Shown piece by piece: positions 58,491-64,000 of a stretch of DNA of 64,000 nucleotides (position 1 is the first letter of the stretch; every line of letters begins with the position of its first letter). The DNA comes from the human T2T-CHM13v2.0 reference genome, Homo sapiens. The notes beneath the pieces were generated by a model, which was given only the letters and a program-made list of their open reading frames with translations, was not told the origin of the DNA and ran no database searches. A program made the translations under genes and the position numbers. The DNA lies in NCBI RefSeq assembly GCF_009914755.1, contig NC_060932.1; one strand, given 5' to 3'.

Positions 58491-59253
58491 CTAAGTCATT
58501 CCCTCAGTGAGGTAGACCAGAAAGCCTAATCCAATTTAATTGAAATCAGGAGAAATGTCCTTGAAGGTGAGTACCTGTCTATGCCTGGGCTCCCAGAAAA
58601 CTGAGCCTGAAGCAGAGGCTTTCGTGCTTTTAATTTACAGGGAACTCCACAGAATAAAAGGGTAAGGAGAATGTAGCAAGGAAGGAGAGAGAGAGACAGT
58701 ACAAAAGTCACTGATGCAACATCATCATTAAGTGTGACATGCTGCTCTGCCCTTGAGGACCATCCACCAAGAAGTGCTATAAATTGGCCCCATTCTTTAC
58801 TAGTTAAGGTCTACCCCACAAGTCACTGATGCATGGTGCTGAGCAGAGAAACCCTGAACTGAGAAGCAAGAGGCAGTTAGCATAGGCATAAGGTGGGATG
58901 CTTCCAGGTTGTGACTGTGTGTGTTTGTAACCCTACAGAGCTGGTTACTGCAATACCAGATTAAACAAAAAGCAGGTGAGACAGGTTGCATCCGATGCTG
59001 TGCCTTGGGTAGGGAGACTCATGGGAGCAGAATCCATGACAAGTCCTTGCTCTTACTCCGTTGTATTCTTCATAGTGCTGGCAGCCAAGAGTTACAATTC
59101 CCATCACATCAGTGCTACAACAGGGCTTCCTCTGTCTTGCCTCAGAGGCTTCAGACCTCCATTGATCCAGTTGTTGTTTCTCAAAAACTGTCCAGAGGCA
59201 GCACTGTCTAGCAGACCATCAAAGATCAGGTAGGAAGAGTCTGTTCTCTAAGT

Positions 59254-59709
59254 AAGGAGTCTTCAAGCCCCAGGACACAAACTAGTACTAGTCCGTGGCC
59301 TGTTAGGAACTGGGGTGCACAGCAGGAGGTGAGCAGTGAGCCAGTGAGTGAAGCTTCCTCTGTATTTACAGCCACTCCCCATTGCTCGCATTACTGCCTG
59401 AGCTCTGCCTCCTGTCAGATTAGCAACAGAATTAGATTCTCATAGGAACATGAACCCTCTTATGAACTGCACACATGAGAAATCTAGGTTGCATTCTCCT
59501 TATGAGAATCTAATGCCTGATGATCTCTCACTGTCTCCCATCACCCCCAGATGGGACTGTCTAGTTGCAGGAAAACAAGCTCAGAGTTCTTGCTGATTCT
59601 ACATTATGGTGAATTTTATAATTATTTTATTCTATATTTAACAATATAGCAATAATAGAAATAAAGGCACAATAAATGTAATGTGCTTGAATCATCTCGA
59701 AACCATCTG
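59254..59709 (+). mobile_element. MER1A hAT-Charlie element
   Basis: TCCGTGGCCTGTTAGGAAC...TATGAGAATCTAATGCCTGATGATCT...GCAGGAAAACAAGCTCAG; 8-bp TSD CTCTAAGT/CTCTAAGG. Confidence 0.88.
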
Positions 59710-61659
59710 CTCTAAGGTACATTGCTGATTTGTCTGGTGACTTGCTAGATTGACTGCCTGATGCCTGGGGAAAATTTCAGCATATAATCAATATCAAGTC
59801 AGGGGTTTCTGTTCAGTCTCACTTTTACCCAAGTCCAGCAACTATAAGCAAAAGTGGACACCTAGGGGGAGCTCAAGGCTGCCGTGAGAATGATAAACAG
59901 ATGAAAGGCATTGGGGATGACTTGACTCAAGGCAGCAGAGAGGACTTCTAGAGTACGCGGATTGCATATCGTCAGGCGAATAGTATTCAGAGTAAAAGGA
60001 CTGTTTTCTTGTTGTGTGAAGTGTTATAGCTCCTTGAAGGTTAACTTTTCATGTAGCATTCTGCACGGCTCTGATGCATAATTGGTTTCTGGGAGGTCAA
60101 CAGTGCCTCATGGAAAAGCCCATTTGAAAAAAATCAATCTCAAACATTAAAGTGGAAATAATTCCATGCTTAGCTACAGAAACTACAGAAACACATTTCA
60201 TTGATGAAAAGCTTTTAAAAATAATATAGACCTTCATTTCCTAATCCATAAAATGAGAGGATTGGATTTGGTGATCTCAAAGGTCATTGGTTTTCCTTTG
60301 TCTCCATTGCTAGGAAGCTGAAACTTCTGTTGCTACAGATTTTAAAGAGGAGTTTGGGGTTTGGGTTTCTCTCTCTCTCTCTCTTTTGTTGTATCCCATT
60401 CATCTTTTCAGCCATGTTAACAGCTTTGGTATATATGGATCTCTGGGCTTATGGTGAGCCATGATCAATTCCTTTGGTGAGCATAGATAACCAAGATTCC
60501 TTTTGTCACTAATTCTCTGATCCTAATAATGACACCATACTTGTTTTTCCCATTTGAAAAATATAAGCATTAATTCCTGCAGCTCTCTTTACCCAGCTGT
60601 TGAAACTTGTGTAAAGCATTCGATATAAGTAGCAGTGGTGATAGACTCCCAGATGTCCTGTGTTCTCAGAGCTTGGCCTTTGACCATGACAACCTTAGGA
60701 TGCCCCAGTGTCCCAGCTTTCATCATTACCCTGGCTCCCTCACCAAACACACACTCCATCTCTTCCATCCTTCACTGAGGTGTAGTCACAGAATTAAATC
60801 GTCATATATGGCTCCTACACTCTACCTCCTACCTCAGTGGCACAAAGACATTGGATATACCTGAGGCTGTCTTCACCCAGGTCATTTCATGCCTCTTGGG
60901 GTGCCCAGCAGACTAGGCACCAGCACATGGAAAGAAGACCTTGTGACTGCTGGGCCCCTTACCAGGTGGTCTCTCTATATTTCAGAGCTGATCTCTTGAG
61001 TATGGAGGTGAGAGGTGCAAAGAGGTGTCCCCCAGCCCAGGTTCTTCTCTTTTCCTTTCCTGTACCCCTTCCTTTGCTGCTGTGCCAGTTAAATTATTGG
61101 CAGCCACAAATTGAACTCTCTTTGTAATATCCTGTTTTAGCTTCAGCTCTTGAATTTCCCTTTGTTTGCTTTTTCTTTTGCTTTTATCTCTTCTCTCTTT
61201 TAATCAAGTGCCTCTTCCCTTCAGAAATAGCTTACAGGCTATTTTATATTCTACAGTGTAGGTCCAGATTTTTAAATAGAGGGAAATGACTTTCATACAT
61301 TCTTTTTTCAGCTCATTGTGGTGGTCTAGAAAAAAAATAGGTAAAGCTGTGACTTATCACACATATAAATCCTGGGCTTGCACCTTTCAGAGTTGGTTAT
61401 TGGTCTTTGTGAAATGTATGGTGTGGAGGCTCCACATTAATGCACCTTTCCTTCTCGTCACTTCAGGCGGAAAAATCCATTCCTGACTGCAGTGGTGAAG
61501 TGGATGCATGGAATCCCCAGCAAGGTCCTGGCAGGCAAGTCCTTGTTGGCCCCAATAAATCAATGATGGTGGCGGGAGACTCACTCCCTCCACGGGCTCC
61601 GCATAAGCCAGAGCACGCAGTGGCAGACAAAGGAGGGTGAAACCAGCATGTGTGTGCCT

Positions 61660-62075
61660 CTCATAAATGCTTTCCCTATGTTCATAAATTGTCATTTAAT
61701 TTTAATAACAACCAATTAGAAGATGATTGTGAAACCATTAAACAGATGAATAAACTGAGGCTACCAGAGATTATGTCTTTCCCCAGGCTATACTGCTGGT
61801 GGGTAATCAAGCCAGGATTACTACCCAGATTTGTCCGACTGCAATACTCATATTCTTTTTACCAGGCACCGTGCAAAGTGGTGTGCATGTATTTTCTCAT
61901 TTAATCATGATAAAAATCCTCAAAGATGGATATTAGCATCTCAGATTTACAAATAAAGAAACTGAAGCTTTGCAGAATTCATTAACTTGCCTGAGTTCTT
62001 GCTGTTATGAAGTGGCAGAGGGCACTCCAACCCAATCTCACTCCAGAGTCCACATTTGTAATTACCCCACCAAAC
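61660..62075 (-). mobile_element. Two tandem MIR SINE fragments
   Basis: ACAGATGAATAAACTGAGGCT and TTTACAAATAAAGAAACTGAAGCT...AAGTGGCAGAG cores. Confidence 0.65.
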
Positions 62076-63418
62076 AGCCACAGCACTTGATCCCCAAGAG
62101 GGTGGCATGAAATGCTCAATGCCTTATGTTCAGAGCAGGCAGATTTTGACTTCAGTAGGCAAGATCTCTCAGACTTCTGTTTGACTTCCATCAATATGTA
62201 CTTAAGCCCCAGGGAGCTTCCCCAGACAAACTATGTGCTGCTCTCCTCAAGACAGGCGCATTTGCTCAGCACACCCATTTCCATCAGCATTTTTTTTTTT
62301 TTTGAGTTTACTGCTCAGTTGGGGCAGCTGCACCATCAGCAACCCATCTGGCAAAAGCTGCAGCCCACTTATCTGTAAAGGATGCACCAGGAGGGCTTGA
62401 CAAAAGGGAGCAGCTTTGCTACCAGCAGCAGGATCCCATTTGGAAACAGAAGCAGGGGTCCTGGAGTCCTGCAGTCACTACTCTGCAGGCCCAGCCAACC
62501 CTGGCAGCAGGAGCCAGTTGCTATGGGACAACTCTGTTAACTTTTGTGCATAAGAACTGCTTACCAGAGTCTCAGCTGTCCCCACCTCCCTTCAAACAAA
62601 ACAGTGTCAGCAGAACCCCTGTCCTACAGAAAACAAACAAACAAACAAACAAAAACCCTATGGAGTCAGAACTCACTAGGAAAACAGTAAACCAAACTAA
62701 ACCAAAAGCAAAACAAACTCAAACTTCATCATAGAAAAATGGCTTACAGCCTGGGTTCTACAACTGGGGTCTGTAGCATGTACTCCTAGTGCTTCAGAAT
62801 TTCTATTTTAGGAATGAATCCTTTCTTCTTGGTATTCTGGCATCCTCCTTAAAACTGTTGAACTCTCCCTTGGGTTTATTTAGTTATTTTTCAAAAAAGC
62901 AAGTGGGGAAGCATTAAGTCTGTCACTGGAAGAAGCGTAATGCTGGGAACGAGGGAACTGGTTTCACGGTGGGTGGCTTTGACATGGCAGCTCTTCCAGA
63001 GCTCTAGCCCAGAGGCTGGATGGCCAGCAACAGGTGCACCTTTGATAGCAAAGGAGCTGCCTTGAAGAGGGGCTCAGAAAACTCAGTGCACTTCAGGAAG
63101 AAGCCCGGGGAACTGTGAAGCACACCTCACCTTGAAGTCTTCCCAAGGTGGTAAAAAGGTATTACTTTTAAGATGGGCTCCCAGCAGTCCTTCTTCACAT
63201 GGATCAGGACTCCACCTACAGTTCTGGCCAGATGGAAGCCATCCCTGATGTGAGAAGGCAGCAATTGCTCATCACAGCAGAGAGGAGCGAGCAACGGTGA
63301 GATTGAAAGGGAACAAGTGCAGAGTGAGGAAGTAATGTCTACAGGGCATTTGAGGACTGAGGCACAGGCTCTGGGCTCAGAAGTTTTAGGGAATGGCAGC
63401 TGCCAAATGCTAGCATTA

Positions 63419-63863
<445 letters not shown>

Positions 63864-64000
63864 TTACCATTTGGGAACAGAAGAGTAACATCTTGACAGT
63901 CTGTTCTCCACAGGGAAATACTGAGATATATCACAGAAGGTCATGTTTATTCCAGGATTAACAATCATAAAAGTTAGAGATACCCCTGAAATACATAAGG

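Overview
Human (primate) genomic DNA that is almost certainly intergenic or deep intronic. No host protein-coding exon is recognisable. Much of the window is transposable-element derived: about 15 Alus, many solo LTRs (ERV1, ERVL, MaLR), L1, L2, MIR and several DNA-transposon fossils. The dominant feature is a full-length young L1HS-type LINE-1 (37112-43189, ACG/A diagnostic type). It has intact ORF0 and ORF1 but a doubly frameshifted ORF2, and sits inside a 5'-truncated L1PA3-like copy. I found no evidence of a new multi-gene biological system. The most interesting signals are DNA-level events readable from the sequence: (1) a complex templated-insertion scar at 17600-17730 that captured 28 bp from an LTR about 1 kb away; (2) an old AluS whose 3' ~106 bp match AluYa5 perfectly; (3) a fold-back patchwork at a (TA)n tract in an L1PB; (4) two twin-primed L1s; (5) candidate non-coding exons and early-embryo regulatory motifs. 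Repeat subfamily names come from recalled consensus sequences and need RepeatMasker/Dfam confirmation. Boundaries without TSDs are approximate.
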